Assembly: GCA_030390025.1 (NCBI GenBank) | Contig: CM059438.1 | Coordinates: 69,504,001 to 69,568,000, forward strand | Source: Squalus acanthias | Lineage: Eukaryota | DNA length: 64,000 nt | Direction of reading: 5' to 3' | In this document: one piece after another, positions 24,929 through 38,040 of the stretch | Layout of the letters: each line of letters starts with the position of its first letter | How positions within the stretch are numbered: position 1 is the first letter of the stretch | The notes under the pieces: generated by a model | Told to the model about the DNA's origin: nothing | The model's input: only the letters and a program-made list of their open reading frames with translations | Database searches by the model: none | Made by a program: the position numbers and the translations under genes

Positions 24929-25822
24929 CACTAAACATCCGTAAGACAAAGGTCCTCTACCAACCTGCCCCCACCACACAGTACTGCCCCCCGATTATCA
25001 AAATCCATGACAAGGCCTTGGACAACGTGGACCACTTTCCATACCTCAGGAGCCTACTGTCAACAAGGGCAGACGTCGATGACGAAGTCCAACACCGCCT
25101 TCAGTGTGCCAGTGCAGCCTTCGGTCACCTGAGGGAGAGAGTGTTTGAAGACCAGGACCTCAAACCCGGCACCAAGCTCATGGACTACAGAGCAGTAGTA
25201 ATACCCGCCCTCCTGTATGCCTCAGAGACATGGACCATGTACAGCAGGCACCTCAAAGCACTGGAGAGGTACCACCAACGCTGCCTCCGCAAGATCCTGC
25301 AAATCCATTGGCAGGATAGGCGCACCAACGTCAGTGTTCTCGCTCAGGCTAACATCCCCAGCATCGAAGCTTTGACCACGCTCGATCAGCTCCGATGGAC
25401 GAGTCACATCGTCCACATGCCCGATACGAGTGCTCTACTCGGAGCTCCGACATGGCAAGAGAGCCCCAGGTGGGCAGAGGAAACGCTTCAAGGACACCCT
25501 CAAAGCCTCCTTGAAAAAGTGCAACATCCCCACCGACACCTGGGAATCCCTGGCCCAAGACCGTACAAAGTGAAGGAGAAGCATCTGGGAAGGCGCTGAA
25601 CACCTCGAGTCTCTTCGCCGGGAGCAAGCGGAAGCCAAGCGCAAACAGCGGAAGGAGCGCATGTTAACCCAAGCACCTCACCCACCCGCCCCTTCAACCA
25701 CCGTCTGCCTCACCTGTGACAGAGACTGTAGGTCCCGCATTGGACTCATCAGTCACCTGAGAACTCATTTTTAATGTGGAAGCAAGTCATCTTCGGTTCC
25801 GAGGGACTGCCTAAGAAGAAGA
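24929..25822 (+). mobile_element. RTE LINE 3' end, second copy
   Basis: LNIRKTKVL...VDHFPYLRSLLS...LYASETWT; highly similar to 20879-21512; (aag)n tail. Confidence 0.9.
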
Positions 25823-27194
25823 GACACTTAGCACTCATTGCGCCTGCACAGGCGAGAAAGATCAACCCTTTTAATTTCCTCTGTGTTTTATTTTTAGCAC
25901 ATGGTTTAATGTGTTTTGGATTAAGGTCTTGCCTGCTCCAGTCGTTAACCAATGTAATTTAAATGGTGAATGGCCACTTTGAAACAGCGCAAATGGGAAT
26001 ATTAATGCAAATACATTAACTAATTATACAAACAGGCTACTCAGTATGCAATGGTTGTCCTTTGTTTTGAAGATAATTGGTTCATGAGAAGTTTTTCAAG
26101 TGCTCTGGTGTGTATATGCTGGTATCTGATGATTCTGATGCGGGGACCACAGGTCTAATGCTGAAGGATAGTTTGGATATATATAGAAAAGTAGCTCTGC
26201 AGCCACTGTGCGATTTAGCAGTTCTCCTGCCTTCTGCTTAACTCACAAAGGCGATCATTTTCAAAGGGAGAGATGCCAGAATATAAGGGCATTGTGGCCA
26301 ATTCAGTGTTATATTCTCGGTGCGTATGTGACAGCTCTGAAGCATGGTAGCTTTGTTCTGCTTCTTCTGCCTGCCACAGGAATATTTGCTATTTTTCAGA
26401 TCAAAGTTGAACACCTACTGCATCACATGCATCCTTTGCGATTGATTTAACAGATCAAACGTAGGACGAGATCACTATGCAGGAGTCCTGCTTTGAGCCA
26501 GTGCAACTTGCATCAAAGTGATGCTCACCAAAAACACAGCTTTATTGGGTCGAACACGTTGTGCAGATGCTGGATAGTGAGATGCTTGGTGTCTGTCAAG
26601 TGAAATATGACCTTCATTTCCATGAATGTGGCAACCAACTTTTTTTTCTCCAATTTTCCTTCCTCCTGTCTTATGTAATGAGGTCAAACGATAGGGTTTG
26701 GTATTTAGGAAGGATGAGAATGAAATGGCTTGAGTATCTTATGATTTTTTGACGGTGCTAACTTGAGCTGGTGTATGGTTTTATGGCTGTAGATCTTCAC
26801 CCAAGTGGTCATTCTTAATGTGCCACCTGGACAGTGAGTATGAACAGTCAGTTCCACCATGGAAAGCATCATGAGCTGTGAACCTGTCGTCACCAGGCAT
26901 CATACACTTGCACTTTCTAGCTGGGTTCATTAGATAGGCATCAGAAGTGGGAAGAGGCCTGGTTGGTCTTTCACCCTTCCTAGACTAGTAGCAGTAAAGT
27001 CACTTATAACAACTGTGCTGCTGCCTGGTTTATATAAGCTAACTCAGCACAGACCAGTGATTGAACCTGGGACCTGCCTGGCCTGTATGGAGTGGTACAT
27101 TTATCAATTGCCTCTTCATGGAGCTTATCATCAACTATTTTGTAAATAAAACATGTTTCTCTTGAGGTATTAACAAAGTATTCTGTGTGGATCT

Positions 27195-27436
27195 TGTTAA
27201 TTTTATTTAGGTGGTGTATATCAATTGGGTGTTAATTGTATTTAGATGGTGGGTATCAATTGGGGAGTCTCTTGTGTTCATATACTGTATATGGGAACAG
27301 GCTGGGGAAGGGAGAGAAAAGCTTATCTTAGGAGGTGAATGGTATGCAATGTGTGTCTGTAATTAAAGACTTGAAAGTAACTGAAGACTAGACTGTAGTA
27401 TTCTATCCTTCACCACCTGGCTATCTGACTTTTACA
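27195..27436 (+). mobile_element. Solo LTR, 242 bp
   Basis: TG...CA termini (tgttaa...tttaca), 5-bp TSD GATCT at 27190-27194 and 27437-27441, and attaaa near the 3' end. Confidence 0.75.
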
Positions 27437-29419
27437 GATCTCACTTTATTTTGTACTTAGAATTTTTCTTCATTCAAGCCATTTTTTGAAGCTGGAGAAG
27501 AGAGGGAAAACCATGGAGTGCTATGGCATTGTGGAGACCTGGAAAATATCCCCCAGGCTGGCAACCCATATGAGCAAGATAATGTGGCTTACTCATCAGA
27601 CAGTACTTCTTGTGGGGCAGTAACAAATCTATCAGTACTGCTCTTCTGATCTGGTGGGTCTTTTTGGATGAATGAATGAATGAATGAATTAATTAATGGC
27701 CATCTTCATCACTAATTATCTTGAGATCTAGTTGTGTGCTCTGATCGTGACTTTCAATAAATGCAAAACTCAATTTTTTTGAGATCATTTACTTTGTAGT
27801 GAGCACAGAATGCATGTGAGTGAGTGGAAGCAGCATTCCAGTGCACCAGAAAACCTCAAGACAACTCCAGGATGAATAGATAGAAAAGGAAACATTTGCA
27901 GGGTTATGGGAAAGAGCAGCGCTTAATTGGATTGCTCTTTCAAAGAGCCGGCGCAGGCATGATGGGCTGAATGGCCTCATTCTGTGCTGTATTATTCGTT
28001 GCAATGAGTCACTCTTTTCCCTCTCCCTACCCCCACCAACACACACTCAAATTGAAAAGAAACCAGAGGTGCGGAATCGCAATTGTTTGTCGGTCAGCGA
28101 TTCGCGGCCTACAATGTTTCACTTTGATTGCAATCCACCCGGCAGCCTCCTCACAGATTGAGTTTGGCTTTTCTGGGCAATGATCAATCAGCTTGTTTTT
28201 TTGTGGTTTCATTCTTCACCCAGTAAGTAATATAATGCAGTTCGTTCAATCAGTTGGAGTTTGTTTTGCTGTTGCAAACCCACACAATGAGACTATTAAC
28301 GTGAATGGATTTTAGTCATCCACCAAACTTCTTATCACTACAAAAAAAACAACAAAATGTTAAAGATTACCTGTCAAAATATTACTTTTCCTCCAAATGG
28401 AAAGTGTATAAATATAATTAATGGGCGCTGTTGCGATATTTTGTGTCTTGGTATCTTCTTGTGATTGCAGCCATTCTGGTGTGTACCTAATATGAACTTC
28501 AATAGCTCCTGCCCAACATGAAAGTGCAACCCCTCGAGGCTCAAGATCTCAATTGTTGTAAGTTAAATGAGTAATGGAGAAGTGAATCTATCGCTAAGTT
28601 AAATGAGCAACAGGGACCAGGTTGCTTCATTTATTTTTCTGTGGAGGTGTCTATGTCTGCATACCTAGTAGTATTCAGAACAGAGCGACTGAAAAAGTGC
28701 AAAGCTAAAGCATAAAAGGAAAAAACAATGTATAGAAATGTATTGTACAGATAGATTTTGTTTTGTTTAATAGATACGCGAGTGATGATGGTCCACAAGC
28801 CAGTAATGCAGTCATCATATAAACTGCAGGAAGCTTGCTTGGTTTTACATTGCTTCACACATTTTCATTATTGTTATCATTACAGTGTGATTTAAATGAA
28901 AGAGTAAGTGGAACTTAATGTATGTTGGATGGTTCCAGAAACCTTTAGCCACAATACCATATTTTGGGTAGTTGTACAGTAGTGAATTGCTAAGAAATAT
29001 ACTGTGCATGACATATAATCATTAAAATCAGTTTTCACCTGTTTAAAAACACAGGTATATTTTGTGTGTTTTCTGTTTTTTTTTTAATTAGTTGGAAGAA
29101 AGGGGCAAAACGTCAGTTTAAAAAATATATATGTTTGGAAATCAATATCAACTCAAAAAAACAGGCAAGGAACAATAAAAAAAAAATGTAGTCATGCTAA
29201 ATGAAAATCCACACACAATTCTGTTTGAGGAAAAAAAATTGTTTCACTGTTAATTCTCTTCCACGTGTTAAACTTGTAATTCAGACAATTGCTGAAGTTA
29301 TGCAACACATGATCATGTGTAATTTGCACCGACCGTGTGATGCTCTTGTCATCTGGAAAAATTAACAAAAAGAATTAACTGTTGAAATAATTCAGCTGAG
29401 AGGAGTGAGTAAAAATAAG

Positions 29420-29795
29420 TATTTTTATTCATTCAAGGAATGTGGGCATCGCTGGCAAGGCCAGCATTTATTGCCCTCGAGAAGGTGGTGGTGAGCCACC
29501 TTCTTGAAACTTTGCAGTCCATCTTGTAGTGGTTTGGTACAACTGAATGGCTTGCTAGGCCATTTCAGAGGGCAGTTAAGAGTCAACCACATTACTGTGG
29601 GTCTGGAGTCACATATAGGCCAGACCAGGTAAGGACGGCAGATTTCCTTCCCGAAATGACATTAGTGAACCAGATGGGTTTTTAACAACAATCCGGTAGT
29701 GTCATGGTCACCATTACTGATACTAGCTTTTTATTCCAGATTTATTTAATTAGCTGAATTTAAATTTCCCAGCTGCCATGGTGGGATTTGAACTA
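29420..29795 (-). mobile_element. Shark tRNA-SINE with LINE-derived tail (second family; head fragment also at ~5760-5895)
   Basis: The minus strand reads gttcaaatcccaccatggcag...tctggaataaaaagctagtatcag...gggcaataaatgctggccttgccagcgatgcccacat. Confidence 0.75.
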
Positions 29796-30430
29796 TGGAT
29801 GAAAAATGACCTGGGAGATGGTTTCCATGCACTTCAGTGTTGGTTTAGGGATTGTCTCAGATTTTTCACTCAAATCCTAATGTACAATATCTACTATTGA
29901 TTTTGAACACCACCACAACCCAAATTTGAAAAGGTTTGCAGCTGTAGTGAATGCTAGCAGATAAGCCTGTGTACGGTTTCTTTCAAGCCACTTTGTTTTA
30001 TTTTATAGATTTCCAATTGTTCTTTGAGGTAGCTGAGAGGTAGTTAGGCTTCCTACCACTGATGGTACCGTTGCTGAATTGGCTTCTGGTGATACTTGGG
30101 GTAACTTGTCCGATGTGGTGTTTTTTCCCCTTTCTCCATTCTGGGAAGCATTGATCTGTTCCCCTTGATGGCGGAGGCAGAATATGAGGCATGGAGAATC
30201 ACAGCGTTTCATATTTTTAATAAATAAATGCTTTGGTTTTCACCATTTCAACATCAGTAAGGAAAAGGTCCAACCTTCACAAACAAAGCAATATTAAAAT
30301 GACCCCCTCATCATTAAAGATTCTGTACATTAGAGACAGAACTGACCAATTCTGAGACAACCATTTTGATGGAATTGATCGTAATATAATCTAGAGTTTT
30401 GAAATCAAAGTTTTCTCTCTCTCATTTCAG

Positions 30431-30618
30431 AAATGACCGGAACAGTTGCAGATATCTCTTTGGTCCACTGGAAGCAGCAATGGCTGGAGAATGGCACCCT
30501 CTATTTCCACGTCTCTATGAGTAATGCTGAGCACCTCTCCCAGATAACTCCACCGACCATGCGGGAACCCTCCGAGATAGTGGATGAACAGATGCACGTC
30601 CTTCATGTCTCAGTCATG
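30431..30618 (+). CDS. ASTN2: Internal coding exon (probably exon 2) of astrotactin-2
   Basis: Acceptor ttttctctctctcatttcag|AA (phase 1) and donor ATG|gtgaga (phase 0). It encodes (E)MTGTVADISLVHWKQQWLENGTLYFHVSMSNAEHLSQITPPTMREPSEIVDEQMHVLHVSVM, matching recalled vertebrate ASTN2 (EMSGTAADISLVHWRQQWLENGTLYFHVSMS...EPSEIVEEQMHILHISVM) better than ASTN1. The rest of ORF 30433..30726 is intron read-through. Confidence 0.93.
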
Positions 30619-33081
30619 GTGAGAGCCCCTTCAAATAAGTCACATTCTCTCTTACTCTTTGTAGCATTATTGGTAGTCAGAGCTTTCATTTATAAACAAG
30701 GAATCTTAACTCAAGCTTGTTGGTAGTGTGGAAATTGCATTACAAATCAATAAATGAACAGTGGCTCTCAATTGATTGAAGAACTGTTATACCAAATGGT
30801 GTGAGTAGAATGAAGTGCAGTGTGGGCTGTCACCCAATTGAGGGCTTTAGGTAATGTCAGACGCAGTGTGAATTGGTATTCCAGAAAAACTATGCCACTA
30901 AGTGAGAAGGCATGGTTTCTGTGCCCACAGTTCACCCACATAATTAATTTTTGTTCACATCTGTGCTGTGAGGGGGTTATAGTAATCGGGCAGCACAGGA
31001 GTTAAAATTGATGGTGTTTTGGGCTGTTTTCCTGTCAGGCAATGTTTGGATCAACAGTGATTTCAACAAAGGTCTGGCAACATATCTCCTGCCTGCACTC
31101 TCAAGGGAAAGATAGTACGAGTCATTAAGAGAATTGAAAGGGGAGAAAATAATATGCCTTAAAATGTAATGAAGTACATGTCATATTACAGGCCTAGACC
31201 TCACTTCAACTCAACTGCTGGGTGTAGGGTTATTTTTGGTTTTGCAAATGAAACCAGTGATGGGAAATCTGCTGTGATTAAAGAACATGAATGAATGCTT
31301 CAGCAGTAACCCAAGTCCTTGAGTCTTGTGACAGAGAAGGCCAAGTGCAATGGAAACACTTTTGCTGATGTGATAGTAGAAGATTACGCAGCCACTGTGC
31401 ACTACAGCACAGTATTATCCAAACTGTTAGATGGTTAACTCTCTGGGCTTTGACTTCAGATTATGTTCCATCCCAATTCAGTTCACCTCTCGGACCCGGA
31501 TTTGAATCCAGCTTAGGCCCATGGGATGCATGTATTATTATAGATTGACTGCACATGTGCCCACTTCCAATGCGAACCCTCGACCACCGCAAGCACATAT
31601 CAGAAAATCAGAGGTGTGTTCCTCACAATCTTCTGTTGGTTTATTTTAATTTGCATTATTTGGCACACTATTCAGTTATGGTTACATGTTTGATTTTGTG
31701 CACATTTGGTCTAATCTGCCAACTTCTTCCATCATCTTAAAGGCACATATTTTTTGAGATCTTTTTGAGATTTTGCAGTTTTGGGCAACGTGAATCTAAT
31801 TGCCAACAGTTACAGCAAAAACACTGTTCATAATTCAGCAGCCGCAATCAGAGAGACCAGAAGGATAGCTGGTCTGGGGAGCAGAAATGCCACATGGATT
31901 GTCGAGGTGCGCTACTGAGGTTGGAGCGAGGGGAGATTGTTAGGGGGGGCGAAGAGTGCAGGTAGTTTCATTCTTCGTGAAGCCCACTCTGTATGTAACC
32001 TGTGACCGTCTGCCTTTAACACTCGGTTAGAACTGTTCCTTCCATTCGTAATCATGAGCAGCCTTCATTTTCATGAACACAAAATTTGTGGAGAAGTAAA
32101 TTGCTTTGAGAGTGCGTGTCTACCAGTTTTTGCACTGTACTTGGGGAATGGCTGAAGTTGATTGCCACATCACACAAGCCTTTACAGTTCATCATTTGAT
32201 TGGCATACAAAACATGAGCCCTCCATCTGGGAAATGCTTCAGTTCTTACTATGAAACCAAAGAGCAGATTGCATTGTGTTCAGTGAACTATATATTCAGA
32301 GCTTGATTGATTCTCCTTGAAGAAACTATTTTTAGCCCTATTCTTTGGGACCTTTATCAAGTTAGAACGCACCTGTTAGGATGCTTGCATTTGAAATGAA
32401 CGGAAGAAATTTGCAGATTTGGCCGAATGTGCACAGAATCAAACCGGAAAAAACACGCACACACAGCTGAATCCAGTGTGGCAGATTGTGCAAATAAGAG
32501 AATGATAAGCATTTTGAATGTCCCAAGAGCAGTTCGTAGGTCACTGCTGGTGTAGGAATGCAAAAAGGCCGCTTTGCCCATCCAGCACACCCCATCATAT
32601 GTGCAATGTTCACACTGCTTGTGTAATCAGTTTTTGGCCAGTTCCAGCTGTTATTAAATTTGGCAAGCATTCAATGAAGAGAGTCATGCCTTCGAAGAAT
32701 CTGTTAATGAACTGGCGATGGACATTCTAATTTAATTGATGAGACTTTACAAAGGTATCATCACAAGCAAACTGACACAACAGAGAGACATGTATTGATT
32801 TCACTAAAATGTCACAGGCCTACAAGAGATTTGCAACTAGTTAGAACCAGATAATTCCTTGCTAATTACTGGGTACAGAAAGAGGAAGTTAGAACATTTT
32901 GTGTGAAAAATTGCTGCGCTTGTTCGTTTTACAATCAGACAGCGAAATTGGGAGCTCGAGAACTAGCACACAAGAAATGCTTCAGTTTTACTGTGATTTG
33001 TTTAAAGCGAACTATACATCTCAGAGGTGGATTGATTCCCCTTGAAGAAACTGTCCTTTGTGATCATTAACAAATTATGAT

Positions 33082-33200
33082 GTGGAGATGCCGGTGTTGG
33101 ACTGGGTGACTTCACCTGACGAAGGAGCAGCGCTCCAAAAGCTTGTGATTTCAAATAAAGCTGTTGGACTATAACCTGGTGTTGTGCGACTTCCCACATT
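33082..33200 (+). mobile_element. Second PLE terminal-repeat family with a mutated hammerhead core
   Basis: CTGACGA-a-GGAGC(agc)GCTCC-AAAAGCTT (GAAA box changed to AAAA), followed by aataaa. Confidence 0.6.
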
Positions 33201-33253
33201 TATTAACAAATTAATCTATGGTTCTCAGTCACTGGTATTACCATGACACAATG

Positions 33254-34002
33254 GAGGGTCATTTTAACCCCCAAAAATGGGTGGGTTTGGGTTGGGTGGG
33301 AAGTTTAAATTAAAAAAATTTCAATCTTGAACCCAACCTGCCTCGAACCCGCCCACTTCCGGTTTTAACGGAGGCGGGATGGGGGCCGGTCTGCCAACCC
33401 ACTCTCAGGAGGCGGGTCCTTCATTTAAATAGTTTAATGAGGCTGTGTGCTTAAGATTTTTTCTGTGTTCCAGCTTTAACACTGGCCGGCTGGGTTTCCA
33501 GGGCCTTGGGAAACCCGGCAGCTGAAGTGCGGGGGGGGGGAGGGGGGGGAGGACTGCTGGATGGAACAGGTAAGTGCCTTTCCAGCACTGCTTGTGCGCC
33601 AGGAGGAGCAGGTGTGCTTCCCCAGCCCTCCAAGCTACCTTGTTTGAAATGTCCTCCTCGGCCTGAGATCTTCTCCACAGACTTCCTGCAATCTCCTCCA
33701 CGGCCCTCCTACCCCATGGACCCCGCTGTGATCTTCTCCCCTCCTCCCACGATCTCTGCGCCCCCCCCACCCCCCCATCGATGTTTGGTGGAACCTGGTG
33801 CCCAACAGCCAGCCAGCCTCTCAATCCAGGCTGCGGCCTGGGAACAGATTCCAAAAATGGTAATCAGGTGCTGTCATTAAATTCGGCAGGACCTGAGGGA
33901 AACCCGTCCTTCCGGGATTCCTGACCGCTAAACTGCCTCCCCCACCCCACAACGCCCCTCCTTTCCCCGCCCCCTTTCTGCCTCCCCGTAAATATCGGGG
34001 CC
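33254..34002. mobile_element. GC-rich Harbinger-like MITE
   Basis: Ends GAGGGTCATTTTAAC / GGCCCCGATATTTAC (rc). The left end matches the reverse complement of the right end of 34872-36012. TSD imperfect. Confidence 0.7.
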
Positions 34003-34086
34003 AGTGTTTCTGTTTGTTATGCGACCAGGCTACAATGTTCCCAGTTCCTCAATCTCTTGTGTTGTGCCTTAAAAGAACAAAACATT

Positions 34087-34570
34087 TCTCCAGGCTGATA
34101 CCTGGGATGGCAGGAATGACATATGAGGAGAGATTGGGTCGATTGGGCTTATACTCGCTGGAGTATAGAAGAATGAGAGGGGATCTCATCGAAACATATA
34201 AAATTCTGACAGGTCTGGACAAACTAGATGCAGGAAGAATGTTCCCGATGGTCGGAGAGTCCAGAACCAGGAGTCATAATCTAAGGATAAGGGGTAAGCC
34301 ATTTAGGACAGAAATGAGGAAGAATTTCTTCACCCAGAGAGTGGTGAACCTGTGGAATTCTCTACCACAGAAGGTAGTTGAGGCCAAGTCATTAAATATA
34401 TTCAAGAATGAGTTAGATATATTTCATAAAGCTAAAGGTATCAAGGGATATGGGGAGAAGGCAGGTACAGGGTACTGAGTTTGGATGATCAGCCATGATC
34501 TCATCGAATGACGGAGCAGGCTCGAGGGGCCGAATGGCCTACTCCTGCTACTATCTTCTATGTCCATGTG
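34087..34570 (+). mobile_element. 5'-truncated CR1 LINE 3' end
   Basis: RLIPGMAGMTYEERLGRLGLYSLE...IKGYGEKAGTGY plus 3' UTR; same family as 40183-44641. Confidence 0.93.
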
Positions 34571-34871
34571 TACAGGTTTAATCTCCATAATTTAAGAACA
34601 TAAATTCACATCTTGTGTGCTGTACATGGAAAAACACAAGTCACTGCCATGATGTCCCAACGGCAAGACATTACACCCATAACTCGGGTCGCCATCAGGC
34701 TGGGTTTTGATATGGACAGCCCAGTCAGTGGTTGCCCTATAATTTTGACAAATCAAAACCAGACAGCAAAGTCTGTTATTAATTGCTATATTATTGTACA
34801 TGTGTTACCACTCTCATTTAACAAGATACACGGTGTATATGTGTGCCCACTCTCATTTAAAGAGAAACGCT

Positions 34872-36012
34872 GGCCGGAATTTTAATCGGTGGGTGTGGTG
34901 GGGTGTGGGGGGCTGGCTAGGAAGCGGTCGGGAAACCCGGGAGCATGTGGGCCTGATTTGCATTTCAAACTTCTGTTTCCCAGATGCAGAGGCTGGCTGG
35001 CAGCAGGCAGGTAGGCCTGCGGCAGTAGGCTGCAGAGAGGAGGGAGGGATCCGGTGGGGGCCGGGGGTGGTCTGGGACCGGAGGAGGATCAGGGCAGTCT
35101 CTGGGGGGGAAAGGTGAGAGAGGATTGGGACCGGTGCATCGGGGGGAAGGTGGGGGGGGGGGGGAAGCATTAGGGCCAGAGGATTGGAGGGGGAGGGGGA
35201 GGGAGAGAGGATTGGGGCCAGAGGATCGGTGTGGGGGGGGGGAAGCATCGGGGCTGGAGGATAGGGGAGCAGGCAAGCAATCAGGGGGGCGGGGGTTGGG
35301 GGGAAAGGGGAGAGAGAATTGGGGCCGGTACATCGGGGGGGCCAGGGAAGCATTAGGGCCAGAGGATGGGGGGGGGGGGGAGGGAAAGAGGATCAGGGTC
35401 GAAGCATTGAGGGGAAGGAGAGAGAATTGGGGCCAGAGGATCAGTGTGGTGGGGAAGCATCGGGGCTAGAGGATCGGGGAGCAGGCAAGCAATCGGGGGC
35501 GGGGGGGAAACATTGGGGCTGGAGGATCGGTGGGAGAATGGATCTGGGCCGGAGGAGCATTGAGGCTGGAGGGCGGAGTCCGGGAAGGTGATCAGAGACC
35601 ACGTGGGGGGATTGGAGGCTTTGGTGGTGGGGGTGTGATCGGAAGCCCTCCTTGGGGGTTGGGGTGTCTCCGATCACTGGGTTCGGTGAGGCAGGGACGC
35701 TGGATCCAGCAGGTAAGTGTAAAGGCACATATCCTGGATCCTCGCCTTACTTTAGCGGGCGGGTACTCCGAGGCCTGAGAAACCCGACCAGCCACGGCTA
35801 AATTTGAAGTGCTGGTTAAATCTGAGGAATGCCAGCCGGGCGACCCACCTCCTGGGAGTAAGTTGGCTGCCTGCCCTGCCCTGCCCCCCCCCCCCCCAAC
35901 CCCCCATCCCGTCCCGCCTCCATTAAAACCAGAGGTAGGCGGGTTGGGGTCGGGATTCCGTTTTCTAACACTTTAACCTCCCACCCGTTTTCTGGGGTTA
36001 AAATTCCCCCCC
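34872..36012. mobile_element. GC-rich Harbinger-like MITE, opposite orientation to 33254-34002, with an expanded G-rich minisatellite
   Basis: Ends GGCCGGAATTTTAA / GGGGGGAATTTTAA (rc). Repeated ggggccagaggatcg and ggaagcat units at ~35040-35570. It interrupts a ~39-bp host tandem repeat (ctctcattt...gtatatgtgtg). Confidence 0.75.
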
Positions 36013-38040
36013 ACTCTGTATATGTGTGACAACTCTCATTTGAAGAGACACGCTGTGTACACGCCGGTGCTAAATCTACCCTGGTACTCAGTTTAACTAC
36101 AATTAAAATGTATCAGTGATCAATGTTGATTAAGTTTTCATTACATGTTGATTTTTTTTTAAAATAACAAGCGAGGCTAAACTAATAAGTTCCCAAGATA
36201 CGCAAATTCAATTCCCTCAGTTAAGTTTTAAAAAAAAATGGAAGAATTTCACAGAAGAATTCAAAAGAACAACTGGATGTATCTTTCAGCTTGACAGTCG
36301 ATTGCAAGTATAGCCATGATTGGCACACACCATACCTGGGATATCCCTCTACAGCAGAAATCCCTCCATTCAAATATGTGGAAAGCAATAATTAGTGCAT
36401 CTTTATCAGTCATAGCAGTCTATTAAATTGAATTGGCATACAGTCACTCAGCACACATCCATTCAATTAGTTCAATGGCCCCTTCAATATGCGCTCCGTA
36501 CACTATATTAGTACATTATTGTGCTTTTTTTGCTTGTGAAGTTACCTTACAGAGTGATTCCATCTGAGAAACAAGACTAAGAACTGCCAACACTTATCTA
36601 GGGACAAGAAAGGCTTCCCAAGCACTTGTCAGTGAAGATGGTGTTCCTATTGGAATGAAAAAATCGGAGTGACTATCGACACTCCTGTGTCAGCCATTGA
36701 GTTGGAGGCGGGGCGGGACTTGAGAGTCTCTGAATTCATGAATGAAACTACAGCAAACCATGTCTCCTGAGTACAGCAAGATTATTTCTTCAGCAAAACG
36801 CAGTGAATGGAGGATAGTTACATAATACAGATTATGTGTGTAAAATCAATCCCAGTGACTTCCAGCAGCGATTGACGTGGATGGACCCAATCAGCTCCAT
36901 TCTGGCCAGGACGTGCGGTGTCACCAAATGCAGCCTGAAAAAATAGGCATGTAGAGGGATGGATGCATTGCATTGCAACTGATTGAGTTATGAAGAAAGA
37001 TAGCTGTACTGAGAAAAGAGATTAGCTAGTTCCTCTCTGGTTGGGAGATCAGTGTTGGATTTCATAGTTAGCAGGTATTAAAAGCCTATGGCTGGAAAAT
37101 TAAGGCATCTGATCAAAGTTCGGCATACTGCAACACTGTATGAGATGTGATTTCAAGGTCGGGTCTCCTATATGTTTCTGCATATTGTTAAGAAAGTGGA
37201 TATGTTTGACTGAAGTAAAATGAACTGCAGCTACTGATTGCTAAGGACGAACTTGATCATTAAAACAAAGGACTTCTGCCTTTGAGGGAAGGGGGACACA
37301 GCATGAGCTTGAATGCAAGGCAGCTGTCAAAAGACAACAAATAGATGATGCAGACTGACCGGGTTGGGAGTAGCTGTTCTTCTGTAGTTCATTGTGTAAA
37401 TGCAACTGGCTTTATTGAAAATGTTGCTTGAATAATGTGCCATTTGAAGTGAATGCTGCATATGTGCTTGTTTTTCATATCTCTGCACTGAGTGATTGAA
37501 TCAGGTATAAAAAGGGAATCTCTATTACAGTCCTGCACAGTACCTGATTTTATTTCAATCCCATTGTGTAGGTCAAGCAGCACTTGTTCCCATTTTTAGC
37601 AGTGCTCCAAGTTTATGAACAGCGCTGAGTGCTTTCCAATTTATAAATCCACATTCAAGGTCACATTTACAATTGAGTGAGGGGGTGATGATCTGATTCT
37701 TGCTTCATCATACAACTGGAGTAAAATTATTTTGAAAAATTGAATAGTTGATATTAAAGGCACCAAAATAAACCTTTGATCAATTATGCAAATATTCAAG
37801 CTTTAACAGCAGATGTCAATTTTGAAAATACTCAGTTTGGGTGTTTGTGTTGATCTTGCTTTTTTTCTTCAAATTTTGTCAATTGTAGAGCTATAATGGA
37901 GGTGTAAAAAGCAAAGGTCATTACCTCAAGTACAGAAACAGCTCGTTCGTGATTTTTCCTCAGTTGTACATATTTGAATACTTAATGGAAGTAATACTCG
38001 GATGTTCTTAAGAGGTGGGCCTCATTTTCAGAAGGTTATT

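Noticed and set aside
30619..30726. Hydrophobic C-terminal extension of ORF 30433..30726 as a transmembrane helix
   Set aside because: It lies beyond the gtgaga donor and does not match the ASTN2 continuation (GGLIALL...).
34794..35795. Gly/Pro-rich ORFs
   Set aside because: Translations of a G-rich minisatellite inside a MITE.
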